Of a DNA stretch of 64,000 nucleotides, positions 8,194 to 18,524 are shown in pieces; position 1 is the first letter of the stretch; each line of letters opens with the position of its first letter. The notes under the pieces were generated by a model. That model did no database searches and was not told the origin of the DNA. It was given only the letters and a program-made list of their open reading frames with translations. Position numbers and translations under genes: made by a program. This DNA comes from Spirochaetia bacterium (GTDB lineage Bacteria > Spirochaetota > Spirochaetia > CAKZLE01), in contig OY782041.1 of assembly GCA_963677595.1 (NCBI GenBank), positions 1,888,001 through 1,952,000 on the forward strand, given 5' to 3'.

Positions 8194-9888
8194 CTCGTTG
8201 AGCCAGGTGGTAGTCCCGGAAGCGGTGAAGGTGACGGTCTCTGACGAGTCCGTGACGATACTGTAAGCATCATCCTCATCAAGCCCCGGGAGGCTGAACA
8301 GTACTGCCTGGAACCGTGTCTCGGGGGTCACCGAGGCCAGGACGGTGCCGTCGCTGTCAATAAGCTCCACTACCGTTCCTGCAGCAAGGGTGGAGGAGTA
8401 GGTCATCTGGACCGAGTACTGGGTCGAGCTGTCTGACGGTGTCTGGATCATGCCGGTACTGCCAGCGGTGATGAGCGTTCCCCCGCTGATCTCGAAGGTC
8501 CCGTTGTAGTCGAGTGAGCCGTTCCCGCTGCCCGTAGGGCCGTAGACGGTCACCGTCCCGCCGGTCATGATGACCGAACCATTGGAGTCGAGCCCATCGC
8601 CCTCTGCGGTGACTGTCAAGGTCCCGCCGGTGATCTGGAGCAGGTAGTCCCCTGCCTCATCTGATGGCATGCCCCGGCCGAAGCTGCCGGCACTCTCCGT
8701 CCCGCCTGCGGCATTGAGCCCGTCATCGGAGGTGACCAGGTCGATGTTCCCGCCGTTGATGTAGATAGCCTGACTCTCAAGCCCCTCATACGCCTGGGCG
8801 ATGGTGATCTCCCCGTCGTTGATCACAAGGGTCTCATCTGCGTGGATCCCGTCGTCGGTGGTCACGATATAAAAGGTGCCGCCGTCGACCTGGACTGAAG
8901 TATCGCTGTGGATGGCATCATCCGAGGCGTAGATGGTCAGTTCCCCTCCTGTGATGCTTATGTCATTATTGGCTTTCAATCCCTTCTGGTCGATGGAGCT
9001 GCTGTAGGTCCCTGACCCGGTTACGATGGTGATTTCCCCGTCGGTGATGAGCATGGACCCTTCAGCCTGGAGGGCATCACCTGCTGCCTGCAGGGTGAGG
9101 GTACCGCCCTCTATCGCGATATACCCTTCTTCCCCGGCTTCCTCATTGGTTGCCTTCAGGGCATCCCCGTAGGCGGTCACTGCCACATTGCCGTCCCTGA
9201 TGACGATCGAGTCCTTCCCGACGATGCCGTCATCGGCAGAGAGGATGGTGATGTTTCCACTCATGACCGTCACGTCGTCCTTTCCCTGGATGCCGTTGTC
9301 CCGGTTCGCCGTGACAAGAAGCGAACCTGAACCTGAGATGGTCAGGTCATCTTTACTGTAGATGACAGCTGCCCCTTCCTCATTGCCTGTCCCTGAGTCA
9401 ACGTCCTGCAGGCTGTTCTCCGATCCGTCGGCAAGGTAGAGGATCACCTTGTCCGCCTGCTCCACCTCTATGGCGGCAGCACCAGTGCTCGTGATATCGA
9501 CGCCGTCGAGGATGAGGATGACATCATCCTCTGAAGTCGCGTTGACCACTACCTGGCCGTCTGAGATGGTCCCTGACAGCAGGTAGACACCTGCTTCGCT
9601 GATCTCGACTGATTCGTTATCAAGGGTGATGGTATAGTCCGCATCCGCTTCGGTATACTCTGCCAGGTCCTTCTTGCTGTAGTCGAAGACCTCCTCTGCA
9701 GAGAGGGAGGAGACTCCTTCTGCTGTCGTCACTGCAGCAGTAGTGTTGGTTGTCACAGCTGTGACCGTAGATGTCGATGAGTCCAGCTCAGGGGCTGTCT
9801 CTTTGCTGCCCAACCCGAAGATGAGGCCTGTGGTGATCATGATGAGTATGATCAGTATGGGTAAGATCTTGTTCCGTATGGTTTTCAT
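8116..9888 (-). CDS. Carbohydrate-binding domain protein (Cthe_2159-like beta-helix)
   Basis: Signal/anchor; YLLSGTISDGQVVV, IYSKDDLTISGSGSL, repeated GG..I...DDGI, DGLDSNG, LDYNG motifs. Confidence 0.85.
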   Translation of the reverse strand: MKTIRNKILPILIILIMITTGLIFGLGSKETAPELDSSTSTVTAVTTNTTAAVTTAEGVSSLSAEEVFDYSKKDLAEYTEADADYTITLDNESVEISEAGVYLLSGTISDGQVVVNATSEDDVILILDGVDITSTGAAAIEVEQADKVILYLADGSENSLQDVDSGTGNEEGAAVIYSKDDLTISGSGSLLVTANRDNGIQGKDDVTVMSGNITILSADDGIVGKDSIVIRDGNVAVTAYGDALKATNEEAGEEGYIAIEGGTLTLQAAGDALQAEGSMLITDGEITIVTGSGTYSSSIDQKGLKANNDISITGGELTIYASDDAIHSDTSVQVDGGTFYIVTTDDGIHADETLVINDGEITIAQAYEGLESQAIYINGGNIDLVTSDDGLNAAGGTESAGSFGRGMPSDEAGDYLLQITGGTLTVTAEGDGLDSNGSVIMTGGTVTVYGPTGSGNGSLDYNGTFEISGGTLITAGSTGMIQTPSDSSTQYSVQMTYSSTLAAGTVVELIDSDGTVLASVTPETRFQAVLFSLPGLDEDDAYSIVTDSSETVTFTASGTTTWLNESGVTTAASGFGGGMGPGGRGFRSQT

Positions 9889-9916
9889 GGTAATGCTCCT
9901 TGTTTCCGTTCTTCTT

Positions 9917-10609
9917 CTAGAGGTTCCCGGTCTGCTCCACGAGGTGGAGGTTGATGGCCAGGTTACCGTTCCGTGTCCGTAATGAGTCGATGAACTCCTT
10001 GATGTTCGTCTCCGGTGCGAGTGATACAGCGTAATAGAGGGTGTAGAGGCTCCCCATGGCTGTCATCTTCACCTTCTCGAGGGTGTAGGAGTCGGTATAG
10101 CGGTCCAGGACCTCATTGAGTGCCTGGTCGTAATCGAGGTCCTCAGGGATGGTCACCTGCAGCAGCTTGGGGACTGAGCCTCTCGACTCCCCGAACCGTA
10201 TCTTCTTCAGCAGGAACATCACGGCGCAGAGGATGAGGGTGAAGGCGATGGCATAGAGAGGTACTCCAGCCCCTGCCGCGAGCCCGCCTGCGAGGGTGAA
10301 GAGGATATAGGCTATATCCTTCGGGTCCCCCGGCGCGCTCCTGAACCTGATGATCGAGAAGGCCCCGGCAAGGCTGAAGGCCTTGGCGACATCGCTCCCG
10401 ATGAGCAGGATGATCACCGAGATGACTGCCGGCAGCAGGACGAGGGTCAGCATGAAGTTCCCGGACGCGGCCCCCTCATGGGTCTTTCGGTAGGTGAAGC
10501 TGACCATGGCCCCTACGAGCAGTGCAGCCCCGATAGCTATGAGGATCTCCCCCAATGATAATGACAGTGCCGCTGCCCCGGTCAATGATGCTAATAATGT
10601 CTCAAACAT
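9917..10609 (-). CDS. DUF4956 membrane protein
   Basis: AFSLAGAFSIIRFRSAPGDPKDIAY, LRTRNGNL; typical VTC partner. Confidence 0.9.
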   Translation of the reverse strand: MFETLLASLTGAAALSLSLGEILIAIGAALLVGAMVSFTYRKTHEGAASGNFMLTLVLLPAVISVIILLIGSDVAKAFSLAGAFSIIRFRSAPGDPKDIAYILFTLAGGLAAGAGVPLYAIAFTLILCAVMFLLKKIRFGESRGSVPKLLQVTIPEDLDYDQALNEVLDRYTDSYTLEKVKMTAMGSLYTLYYAVSLAPETNIKEFIDSLRTRNGNLAINLHLVEQTGNL

Positions 10610-10611
10610 GA

Positions 10612-11406
10612 TTATGCTCCTTTTCGTAATGATATCGAGGGTACTGTCCGGTAGATGTACTGTGTCGGGTCATCTGTATATGGGTACCTCGTTGATGATT
10701 CCTCGATCCCGGTCAGGAAGTTGAGGAACTCGCGTCCGTATTTCGAGAAACTCTGTGAGAAGAGTCCCTGTGCTGAAAGCAGGCTGCCGAGCCACATCGG
10801 CATGCTCTCTGATACCTTCACCTCCATGAGCCAGAGCCCGTCGGGGAGGAGGGGCCTCCCATGGTCCCCTGCCTCGAGGCTGAGGTCTTCCCGCCGTGTC
10901 CTGATGTTGGTATCGAAGGTGATGCGGAGGTCATCCTGCCCGTAGGCCAGCCGGTCGTAGGCGATGTAGACCCTGGGGGAGAGATGATACCGGCTGATGA
11001 AGAAGGAGATCTCATCGAGGACCTGCGGGTTGCAGATACCCGTCTCTTCCGGCTGTATGTTCTGCCCTACCCACCAGTCAGCCTCCTGGATGATGATGGG
11101 GGTCCGTCTCTTATAGACCTTGCCCTTGAACTTCTTCTTGATCTCGAGGTAGGCACGGTCTGTCCGCTCAGGTACCCCGTAGGCCCTCAGCCTCAGTTTT
11201 TCCTTGTAGAGGGGTTTCGAGAGCGATTTCCTGATCAGCTCGTCACCCTCAGTGTCATAATAGAGATTGCAGATCGTATAGAGACCGTGCGCCTGATTGA
11301 AGGAATCCAGCTCTATATGTTCTGCAACCATCCCAGATACCATCTCGAACTGCTCCTGGGTGAGCAGGTACTTCTTCTCATATCTACTGAATACTTCACG
11401 TCCCAT
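10612..11406 (-). CDS. VTC-domain (polyphosphate polymerase-like, CYTH fold) protein
   Basis: RYEKKY, NLYYDT, KEKLRLRAYG, LEIKKK, LRITFD, LMEVK, FSKYG; GGAGG before MGREVF. Confidence 0.9.
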   Translation of the reverse strand: MGREVFSRYEKKYLLTQEQFEMVSGMVAEHIELDSFNQAHGLYTICNLYYDTEGDELIRKSLSKPLYKEKLRLRAYGVPERTDRAYLEIKKKFKGKVYKRRTPIIIQEADWWVGQNIQPEETGICNPQVLDEISFFISRYHLSPRVYIAYDRLAYGQDDLRITFDTNIRTRREDLSLEAGDHGRPLLPDGLWLMEVKVSESMPMWLGSLLSAQGLFSQSFSKYGREFLNFLTGIEESSTRYPYTDDPTQYIYRTVPSISLRKGA

Positions 11407-11458
11407 GTTCGGCCTCCTGGTAGTTCCGGTTGAACTGACTCTAATAAACAGCTTCAAG

Positions 11459-11538
11459 CTTAAGTGAACCTTAAGAATTAACAGGTTTCTCACATTTTTC
11501 ATAATTTTTTTCCTGACATCATTTAAGGTTCGTTTAAG
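11459..11538. promoter_or_regulatory. Two divergent OmpR-type boxes
   Basis: Minus strand TTAAGGTTCACTTAAG (11459-11474); plus strand TTAAGGTTCGTTTAAG (11523-11538). Confidence 0.75.
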
Positions 11539-11634
11539 GTTGGGGGGTTAGTCTCTTCACGGAGACTGGTGTATACTGACAGGATCCTGGTTGCTGCAGG
11601 TGAAGCCTGAAGAGCCAATCCCCTTGGAGAAGTT

Positions 11635-12306
11635 ATGAGAATACTGCTGGTAGAAGATGATCTTCCCCTCGCCGATGCGGTAGGGCAGATCCTGAAAACT
11701 GAGAAGTTCCTTGTCGATATGGTCCATGACGGGGAGGACGGGCTCGCTTATGCATCCAGGGATATCTATGACCTGGTGGTCCTCGATGTCATGCTGCCGA
11801 AGATGGACGGGTTCAAGGTCTTGAGGACCCTCAGGGATGAGGGGGTAGAGACGCCCGTCCTCATGCTCACCGCACGGGGTGAGGTCGGCGACCGGGTCGA
11901 GGGACTCAACCTCGGTGCGGATGACTACCTCCCGAAACCCTTCGCGACCGACGAGTTGAAGGCACGAGTCCATGCCCTGCTGAGGAGACGCGATAAGTCG
12001 ATGCTCAGCGACCAGCTTGAGTTCGGGGACCTGCATCTCAATAACAGCTCTCTGAAGCTCTCCTGCGGCAGCAGGGAGATCCAGCTCACTGCCAGGGAGT
12101 TCGAGCTGTTCCAGTACTTCGTCCTGAGGAAGGGAATGATCACCCCGAAGGAGATGATCATTGACAAACTCTGGGGATATGACAATGATGCTGTCGATAA
12201 CAATGTGGAGGTCTATATATCATTCCTTCGCAAGAAACTTAAATTCCTACAGTCCAGGGTGACGATCAAGACGACCCGTGGCCTCGGGTACTCGATGGAG
12301 GAGTGA
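11635..12306 (+). CDS. OmpR/PhoB family response regulator
   Basis: LLVEDD, LDVMLP, GADDYLPKPF, VEVYISFLRKK, RGLGY. Confidence 0.95.
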   Translation: MRILLVEDDLPLADAVGQILKTEKFLVDMVHDGEDGLAYASRDIYDLVVLDVMLPKMDGFKVLRTLRDEGVETPVLMLTARGEVGDRVEGLNLGADDYLPKPFATDELKARVHALLRRRDKSMLSDQLEFGDLHLNNSSLKLSCGSREIQLTAREFELFQYFVLRKGMITPKEMIIDKLWGYDNDAVDNNVEVYISFLRKKLKFLQSRVTIKTTRGLGYSMEE

Positions 12307-12307
12307 C

Positions 12308-13612
12308 ATGCTGTTCAGGCGAATGAGGAACCAGCTGCTCATCATGAATTTGGTGTTCATCACGATCATCATGGCAGCTTCGTTCACGACGATATACCTC
12401 ACGACGAGGAACCAGATCATGCAGGGGATAGAGGTCGAGCTTTCGAGGACGGTGGACTTCCGCTTCGATGAAGCGAAGCTTCCTGTCCCTGCAGATGATA
12501 CCGGCACCGTCCCGGCTCCTGACCAGGGGATCGAGCGGTTCCCGATAGACAAGGATCTCAAGGAGCGAAGCGTCTCCTTCTCTGTACTCGTCAACACCTC
12601 CGATACGATCATATCGGTAAACTCCTTCTACTCAGAAGAGGACTCGTTCTATGAGGAGGCACTCTTCGCAGCCCTTGCTGACGGGAAGGAGGAGGGGACC
12701 TGCAGCTTCGCTGATTCCCGCTGGGCCTATACGGTAGCAGACCGGTTCGGCGGGCAGCTCTACGGCTTCGTCGATATCGACGAACGGCAGGCTATCCTCG
12801 ATAAGCTCCTGCTGACTTTCCTCGGGGTATCGGCAGGGACGCTCCTGCTCATCTTCGGCTTAAGCTACTACCTCACCCAGCGCTCCCTCAAGCCCGCAGT
12901 CGAGGCCTTCGCCAAGCAGAAGGAGTTCATCTCCCATGCCTCGCATGAGCTGAAGACCCCGATGGCGGTCATCGGGGTGAATACCGAGCTCCTGCTGGAC
13001 AGGACCGGGGAGGAGGAGCCGACGGCAGAGCAGAAGAAACGCCTCGAGTTCATGAAGACCGAGGTGCAGCGGATGGGAGGACTCATCAAGAACCTCCTCT
13101 TCCTTGCCAGCCTCGATGAGGGCAGGTCCGCAGCCCAGGGACTGCATGTCCCCTTCGACCTGAGTGATGCGGTCGAGAGCCAGCTGCTGGGCATGGAGGG
13201 GCTCATCTTCGAGAAGGGGCACAACCTGGAATATGACGTGGAACCGGGCCTGGTGACCGTCGGGGTGAAGGAGCAGCTCGTCCAGGTGCTCACGACCCTG
13301 CTGGACAATGCGGTGAAGTATGCAGATGCGAAGAGCACGATCAACGTCGCCCTGGGCAGACAGGGTAACCGGCTGCAGCTGTCAGTCTCGAACCCCGGCA
13401 ATGGCATTCCGGAGGAGGACCTGCCGAGGATCTTCGACCGGTTCTACCGGGGAGACGCCGCACGGGACCGCTCCCAGTCGAGCTACGGCCTGGGGCTGGC
13501 CATCGTGAAGACGATCATCGACGGGCATAAGGGAACCATCGAGTGCCGAAGTGAGCACAGGCCCGGCGGGATCACGACCTTCATCGTCAGGGTTCCGGCA
13601 GCGCGGAAGTGA
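12308..13612 (+). CDS. Sensor histidine kinase
   Basis: Two TM segments, ASHELKTP H-box, LLDNAVKY, IFDRFYR, GLGLAI. Confidence 0.95.
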   Translation: MLFRRMRNQLLIMNLVFITIIMAASFTTIYLTTRNQIMQGIEVELSRTVDFRFDEAKLPVPADDTGTVPAPDQGIERFPIDKDLKERSVSFSVLVNTSDTIISVNSFYSEEDSFYEEALFAALADGKEEGTCSFADSRWAYTVADRFGGQLYGFVDIDERQAILDKLLLTFLGVSAGTLLLIFGLSYYLTQRSLKPAVEAFAKQKEFISHASHELKTPMAVIGVNTELLLDRTGEEEPTAEQKKRLEFMKTEVQRMGGLIKNLLFLASLDEGRSAAQGLHVPFDLSDAVESQLLGMEGLIFEKGHNLEYDVEPGLVTVGVKEQLVQVLTTLLDNAVKYADAKSTINVALGRQGNRLQLSVSNPGNGIPEEDLPRIFDRFYRGDAARDRSQSSYGLGLAIVKTIIDGHKGTIECRSEHRPGGITTFIVRVPAARK

Positions 13613-13616
13613 CAGC

Positions 13617-14555
13617 CTAGCGGATGAAGCCGCGGATCGTGGAGATACCGCGTTTCTCGAATGCTTCAGCCACCCGGTCCTGGAGCTCCTTCCCCGGCGT
13701 GAGCGCGACCATGTAGCCGCCCCGGCCTCCGCCGGTAACCTTAGCCCCATAGGCCCCGAGCGAAACTGCGAGATCGCAGAGCTCAATGAGCTTGGGGTGG
13801 GAGAGCCCCATCTCGATGAGGAGTTTGTGGTTCTCGGACATGATGGCACCGACTCGTTCCAGGTCCCCTGATTCCAATGCCTCCCTCAGGCTGTGGACCT
13901 GGGACCTGACCGTCTCGAGCCTCCCATCGAACAACGCAGGGTCCTCTGCCCGCTGGGCTTCCAGGAATCCCTTCAGTTTGGCGGTATTGGCAGTTATTCC
14001 GCTGTTCCCCATGACCACCTCAACCGGTCCGTTCAGCTTCAGGGTCTCAAAATGCTTGGTACCGTCATGCAGTTCGTAGAGGATCGTCCCCCCGAACGTC
14101 GAAACGGTGTTGTCGAGCCCAGAGGGAAGGCCATGGTAGCCGAATTCCCCCCTCCATGCGAAGTAATTCGCCGCGGCATCGTCATAGCCCAGGTTGAAGA
14201 GGCTGCTGCATGCACGTACGAATGAGACGCAGTGTGCGCCGCTTGCCCCGACCCCGCTGCCTGCCAGCAGGTTCCCCGAGAGCCTGACCTGCAGGGAATG
14301 GTCAGACAGACCCATTTCCCCGATCATGGTCTCCATTGCCTGCTCCTGATCTGCAAGCTTCGCCTCTTTGTAGCCGGGCACCTCGATCCTCTGGTCATCT
14401 ATCGTCCAGCCCGGTTCGCCGCCCTCATCAAGGGTGACCGTGCAGACGGTCTCGAAGGGGAGGGAGGCCAGCACTGCCGGGACTCCCTGTATGACGAACT
14501 GGTCCCCGATGAGGATCACCTTCCCGTAGGCCCTGCCTTCAGCACTCTGTTTCAT
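13617..14555 (-). CDS. mvk: Mevalonate kinase-like GHMP kinase
   Basis: GKVILIGDQFV, GSGVGASGA, HGLPSGLDNT, GAKVTGGGRGG. Confidence 0.75.
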   Translation of the reverse strand: MKQSAEGRAYGKVILIGDQFVIQGVPAVLASLPFETVCTVTLDEGGEPGWTIDDQRIEVPGYKEAKLADQEQAMETMIGEMGLSDHSLQVRLSGNLLAGSGVGASGAHCVSFVRACSSLFNLGYDDAAANYFAWRGEFGYHGLPSGLDNTVSTFGGTILYELHDGTKHFETLKLNGPVEVVMGNSGITANTAKLKGFLEAQRAEDPALFDGRLETVRSQVHSLREALESGDLERVGAIMSENHKLLIEMGLSHPKLIELCDLAVSLGAYGAKVTGGGRGGYMVALTPGKELQDRVAEAFEKRGISTIRGFIR

Positions 14556-14564
14556 ACTTGACTC

Positions 14565-15389
14565 CTATTTGTCGCTCTGCAGGGCGAAACCCCTCATGAA
14601 GCTTTCCTGCAGGATGAAGAAGACCAGCAGGGGCGGGATCATTGTCATGACGACACCTGCCATGATGACGCCCCAGTTGTTCGATGATTCTGCATTCATC
14701 AGCATCTTGATACCGATCTGTACGACCCGCATATTGTCAGTGTTCGTTGCCATGAGCGGCCACAGGTACTGGTTCCAGATGTAGATGAACTCGATGACCA
14801 CCAGGGCTCCGATCGTGCTCTTCGTGAGCGGGAGCAGGACCCGGAAGAAGTACTGCATAGGTTTGCAGCCATCCATCTTGGAAGCATCCACCAGTTCCGA
14901 TGGGATGGTCTTGAATCGCTGGATGAAGAGGAACGTGCCGGTGGCACTGGCCCAGAACGGGACGATGAGGCCGGCATAGGTATTGATCCAGCCGAAAGAC
15001 CGCACGACCTCGAAGAGGGCGACGATCCTCACCGGTACCGGCAGCAGCAGGGTGATGATGACCAGGAAGAAGAGCACCTGCTTTCCCCTGAACTCGAAAT
15101 GGGTGAAGGCGAACGCAGCCAGCAGGCTCATGATCACCTTGCCCGCGGTCACCATGATCGCGATGAAGGCGGAGTTGAACATCATCCGTCCGAGATCGAT
15201 CCGCTTCCATGCGGTCGTGTAGTTGTAAACCCAGTTATTGGAGAAGGTGAGTTTCGGCGGGAAGGCAAGTACCTCGGTCTCTGTCTGTGAGCTGATGATC
15301 AGGGCCAGCAGGACAGGGAGGCAGACGATGAGGACCGATATGATAAGCAGCAGGTGCAGGGCCACGGTTTTTTTTCTTGAATGTATCAT
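14565..15389 (-). CDS. ugpE: Carbohydrate/glycerol-3-phosphate ABC permease (UgpE-like)
   Basis: EAA-type loop ELVDASKMDG, WNQYLWP, multiple TM helices. Confidence 0.8.
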   Translation of the reverse strand: MIHSRKKTVALHLLLIISVLIVCLPVLLALIISSQTETEVLAFPPKLTFSNNWVYNYTTAWKRIDLGRMMFNSAFIAIMVTAGKVIMSLLAAFAFTHFEFRGKQVLFFLVIITLLLPVPVRIVALFEVVRSFGWINTYAGLIVPFWASATGTFLFIQRFKTIPSELVDASKMDGCKPMQYFFRVLLPLTKSTIGALVVIEFIYIWNQYLWPLMATNTDNMRVVQIGIKMLMNAESSNNWGVIMAGVVMTMIPPLLVFFILQESFMRGFALQSDK

Positions 15390-15403
15390 ACTCTCTGCAC
15401 TCC

Positions 15404-16273
15404 TTATTGGTAGTAGACTTTTCGTTCAGTCGTCTTGAACTGGACCACGGTGATCAGGACCACGATCATGAAGAGGATGAAACTCTCAGCCGCGGCATAA
15501 CCTATCCGTGAATTGACGAAGAAGTCCCGGTACAGCTGGTAGATCAGGACATTCGTCGCTTTCGCAGGTCCGCCCTCGGTGAGGACGTCGATAAGCCCGA
15601 AAGCACTGAAGTAGGCGTAGATCGTGTTCATGACGAACAGGAAGAAGGTCATGGGCGAGAGGAACGCGAACGTGATCGAAGCGAACCGCCTGACCGGGCC
15701 TGCCCCATCCAGTTCAGCTGCCTCGATGGCATCTCGAGGTATATTCCTGAGGGCTGTGAGGTAGAACACGATATTATACCCGAGATTCTTCCAGACCGCT
15801 GCCAGGATCACCACCACAAGGGCTGTGGACCCCTTTGTCATCCAGGTTCGGATCCCGGTGAAATAACCGATGATGCCGTTCGCGGGGTTGAAGAGGAAGT
15901 TGAACAATGCCCCTGCGATGGCAGGAGAGAGTGCATACGGCCAAATGAGCAAAGACCGGTAGATCCTGGCCCCCTTGACCTTCTGGTTGAGCAGGAGGGC
16001 AAGCATGAGCGATATGAACAGCCCGAACCCGATGACCGCAACGGCAAAGATTGCGGATGTCCAGAAACTGCTGATGTAATCGGGATTGGTGAATATCTTC
16101 CCCAGGTTATAGAGACCCGCGAACTTCTCAGCACCTGAGAACGGATGAACTTTGTATAATGTCAGCCGGAACGTCTCGAAAGCCGGGTAGAAGAGGAAGA
16201 TGCCCAAGACGATGAAAGTCGGCAATAATAAGAGGTACGGTAATGTTTTTGAGGAAAAACCTGCCTGTTTCAT
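15404..16273 (-). CDS. ugpA: ABC permease (UgpA-like)
   Basis: WPYALSPA, WKNLGYN, EAAELDGAG, LTEGGP. Confidence 0.8.
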   Translation of the reverse strand: MKQAGFSSKTLPYLLLLPTFIVLGIFLFYPAFETFRLTLYKVHPFSGAEKFAGLYNLGKIFTNPDYISSFWTSAIFAVAVIGFGLFISLMLALLLNQKVKGARIYRSLLIWPYALSPAIAGALFNFLFNPANGIIGYFTGIRTWMTKGSTALVVVILAAVWKNLGYNIVFYLTALRNIPRDAIEAAELDGAGPVRRFASITFAFLSPMTFFLFVMNTIYAYFSAFGLIDVLTEGGPAKATNVLIYQLYRDFFVNSRIGYAAAESFILFMIVVLITVVQFKTTERKVYYQ

Positions 16274-16292
16274 ACGGTACTCCAAATAAAGA

Positions 16293-16322
16293 TGCAGCCC
16301 TGCGCAGGAAGCACAGGGCTGC
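16293..16322 (-). terminator. Intergenic hairpin after the binding-protein gene
   Basis: GCAGCCCTG...CAGGGCTGC inverted repeat. Confidence 0.55.
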
Positions 16323-16337
16323 CGAGGTCAATGATGA

Positions 16338-17681
16338 TTATAGGTCGATGAGCTCATTCCATTCGGTAATAAGGTCATTTACCTGTGCTGCAGCATCGTC
16401 GAGTGCATCTGCCACAGGTTTCCCTGCATAGCACTCCTGGATGGAGGATTCAACGATAGCCCGTGTCTCCGGGAATACACCAAGCAGGCTCCCTGCGGTG
16501 TTCAGGGTCTCGGGGCTGTCCAGCAGCTGGTCAAATGCGGTCCGGTAGTTCGGGTTCTCGGTGAACCAGCCCTCTTTCTCGAGCAGGTCCATAGCAGTCT
16601 TCCGTACCGGGAAGTACCCGGTTCCCTTGTGCCATTCCATCTGGGACTCATCATTGGAGATGAACTGGACCAGCTTGAGCGCTGCCAGCTCTTCCTCTGC
16701 GGGATGTTCGTTGGTGATCCAGAGGGATCCGCCGCCGATAGCGACACCGCCGGTAGCTCCTTCAGGTCGTGGGAGGTATCCGGTACCCATCTCCCAACCC
16801 TTTTCTGAGAGGGATTTCGTGAGCAGGTTCACATCCGATGATGAGGACATGATCATTGCCACTTCTCCGGCACCAAATGCTGCCCGGTGGTTCGACCAGC
16901 CTGGGCCCACATCCATGAACAGGCCGTCATTGTACATGCCGATCCACCAGTCAAGAGCCCTGTTCCCGGCTTCGCCGTTGAACACGACTGCAGTGGGGAG
17001 GTCCTCCCCCCGGCCGTTGTCGTTGTTGACGAACGGGGCATCCTGCAGGCAGCTCATCTGCTCGAAATACCAGCAGTGGAGGTTCCAGGTGATCGGGGTC
17101 TCACAGATACCGGCTTCTCTCAGCTTGATTGCAGCCTCACGGATGGCAGCATAGGTCCTTGGGGGATTCTCAGGATCGAGGCCTGCCTGCTTGAAGAAGG
17201 TCTTGTTGTAGTAGACCAGGGGGGTTGATGAGTTGAACGGCATGGAATAATGCAGTCCCTGGTACTTGTAGTAGCTCTGGACCGGCACGAAGAACTCATC
17301 CCAGTCAATTGGACGGTCATACCGTTCGGCCAGTTGGTCGATGGGGGAGATCATCCCGCTGTTGATCATGCCCAAGGTCCCGATCTCATAGAGATGGAAC
17401 ACATGGGGGGCATTCCCGGCACGGTAGGCTGATACCGTCTTGTTCAACGTATCGTTGTAGGACCCGGTATACTGGACATTGACCGTGATGTTCGGGTTCT
17501 CGGCCATGAACCGGTCTACGATTCCCTGGATCAGGTCGATCCTGTCTCCTGACATGGCATGCCAGAACTCGATGGTGACAGATGCATCTTCATCCACCAG
17601 CGAGGCTTCCTGGGCTCCTCCGGCGAACAGAAGAATCGGGCTGAGTAACAGCACGATGAAGAGGACTAGAAATCTTTTCAT
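16338..17681 (-). CDS. ugpB: ABC solute-binding protein (UgpB-like)
   Basis: IEFWHAMSG, MPFNSSTP..YYN, IGGGSLW, WHKGTGYFP. Confidence 0.85.
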   Translation of the reverse strand: MKRFLVLFIVLLLSPILLFAGGAQEASLVDEDASVTIEFWHAMSGDRIDLIQGIVDRFMAENPNITVNVQYTGSYNDTLNKTVSAYRAGNAPHVFHLYEIGTLGMINSGMISPIDQLAERYDRPIDWDEFFVPVQSYYKYQGLHYSMPFNSSTPLVYYNKTFFKQAGLDPENPPRTYAAIREAAIKLREAGICETPITWNLHCWYFEQMSCLQDAPFVNNDNGRGEDLPTAVVFNGEAGNRALDWWIGMYNDGLFMDVGPGWSNHRAAFGAGEVAMIMSSSSDVNLLTKSLSEKGWEMGTGYLPRPEGATGGVAIGGGSLWITNEHPAEEELAALKLVQFISNDESQMEWHKGTGYFPVRKTAMDLLEKEGWFTENPNYRTAFDQLLDSPETLNTAGSLLGVFPETRAIVESSIQECYAGKPVADALDDAAAQVNDLITEWNELIDL

Positions 17682-17722
17682 ATACACACTCCTTTTTTCG
17701 TCCGTAGACGTTGGTTCCAACT

Positions 17723-18415
17723 CTATCTATATATAGCTAACACGCGTTCCGGGAAGTTCGAGATGATGCCGTCCACCCCGATCAGTCCCATCCGCGTGAT
17801 GTCTTCCGGTTCGTTGACAGTATAGACGAAGACCTGTTTACCTAATGCGTGGAGGTCCGATACCAGCTGTGCATTGATGAATTCCAGGCTTGAGACCAGG
17901 ACCGAGCAGCCCAGCGAGTCAACATAGGCGGCTTCATCGACCAGGACAGCCTTGATCAGGGCCCCGGTCGGGACCTGTGGTGCGGCAGATTGGAAGTGTC
18001 TCAATTCGCGGTGGTTGAAGGAAGTAACCAGGATATCTTCAGGTTTCCATGCATTGGCCAGGAATTGGCGGCCCAGCAGTCGTGCGGTATAAGCTCCTGA
18101 CCCCTCGCTTTTCAGCTCCAGGTTGAGTCGTATCTTCCCGGCGCACAGGTCGAGCAGCTCGGTGAGGGTCATGATCCGCTGCCCATTGCCGAAGTCGAAG
18201 CTCTGGAGTTCCGTGAGGCTCAGCTCAGCGATGGCCCCCCTGCCGTTTGAGGTGGAGTCGATCCGGGCATCATGGCAGAGCACCGCTTCCCCCGATGTAC
18301 AGAGATGCACGTCAGTCTCGATATAGTCGCATCCTGATTCAATAGCTTTCGTGAATGAAATACGGGTGTTTTGCGGCGCCGATCCTGCAGTACCTCTGTG
18401 TCCTATACAAATCAT
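17723..18415 (-). CDS. Glycerophosphodiester phosphodiesterase (cytoplasmic)
   Basis: GHRG, ETDVH, HD, NLELK, YTVN, VDGIISNFP. Confidence 0.9.
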   Translation of the reverse strand: MICIGHRGTAGSAPQNTRISFTKAIESGCDYIETDVHLCTSGEAVLCHDARIDSTSNGRGAIAELSLTELQSFDFGNGQRIMTLTELLDLCAGKIRLNLELKSEGSGAYTARLLGRQFLANAWKPEDILVTSFNHRELRHFQSAAPQVPTGALIKAVLVDEAAYVDSLGCSVLVSSLEFINAQLVSDLHALGKQVFVYTVNEPEDITRMGLIGVDGIISNFPERVLAIYR

Positions 18416-18524
18416 GGCTTACTCTAAGACTCACGTCCACCAACCAGTATATACCCTGACAAACCAGTAATGCAACAAATTAAAACAAAAAATACTCTCT
18501 ATATATGACAGAAAAACTAAGGTA

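Noticed and set aside
11407-11502. Upstream extensions of several ORFs (VTC, AAA 2134-2214, URO-D 24598-24810, BaiN 52024-52284)
   Set aside because: They overlap promoters, operators or neighbouring genes; downstream ATGs match the family N-termini and mostly have an RBS
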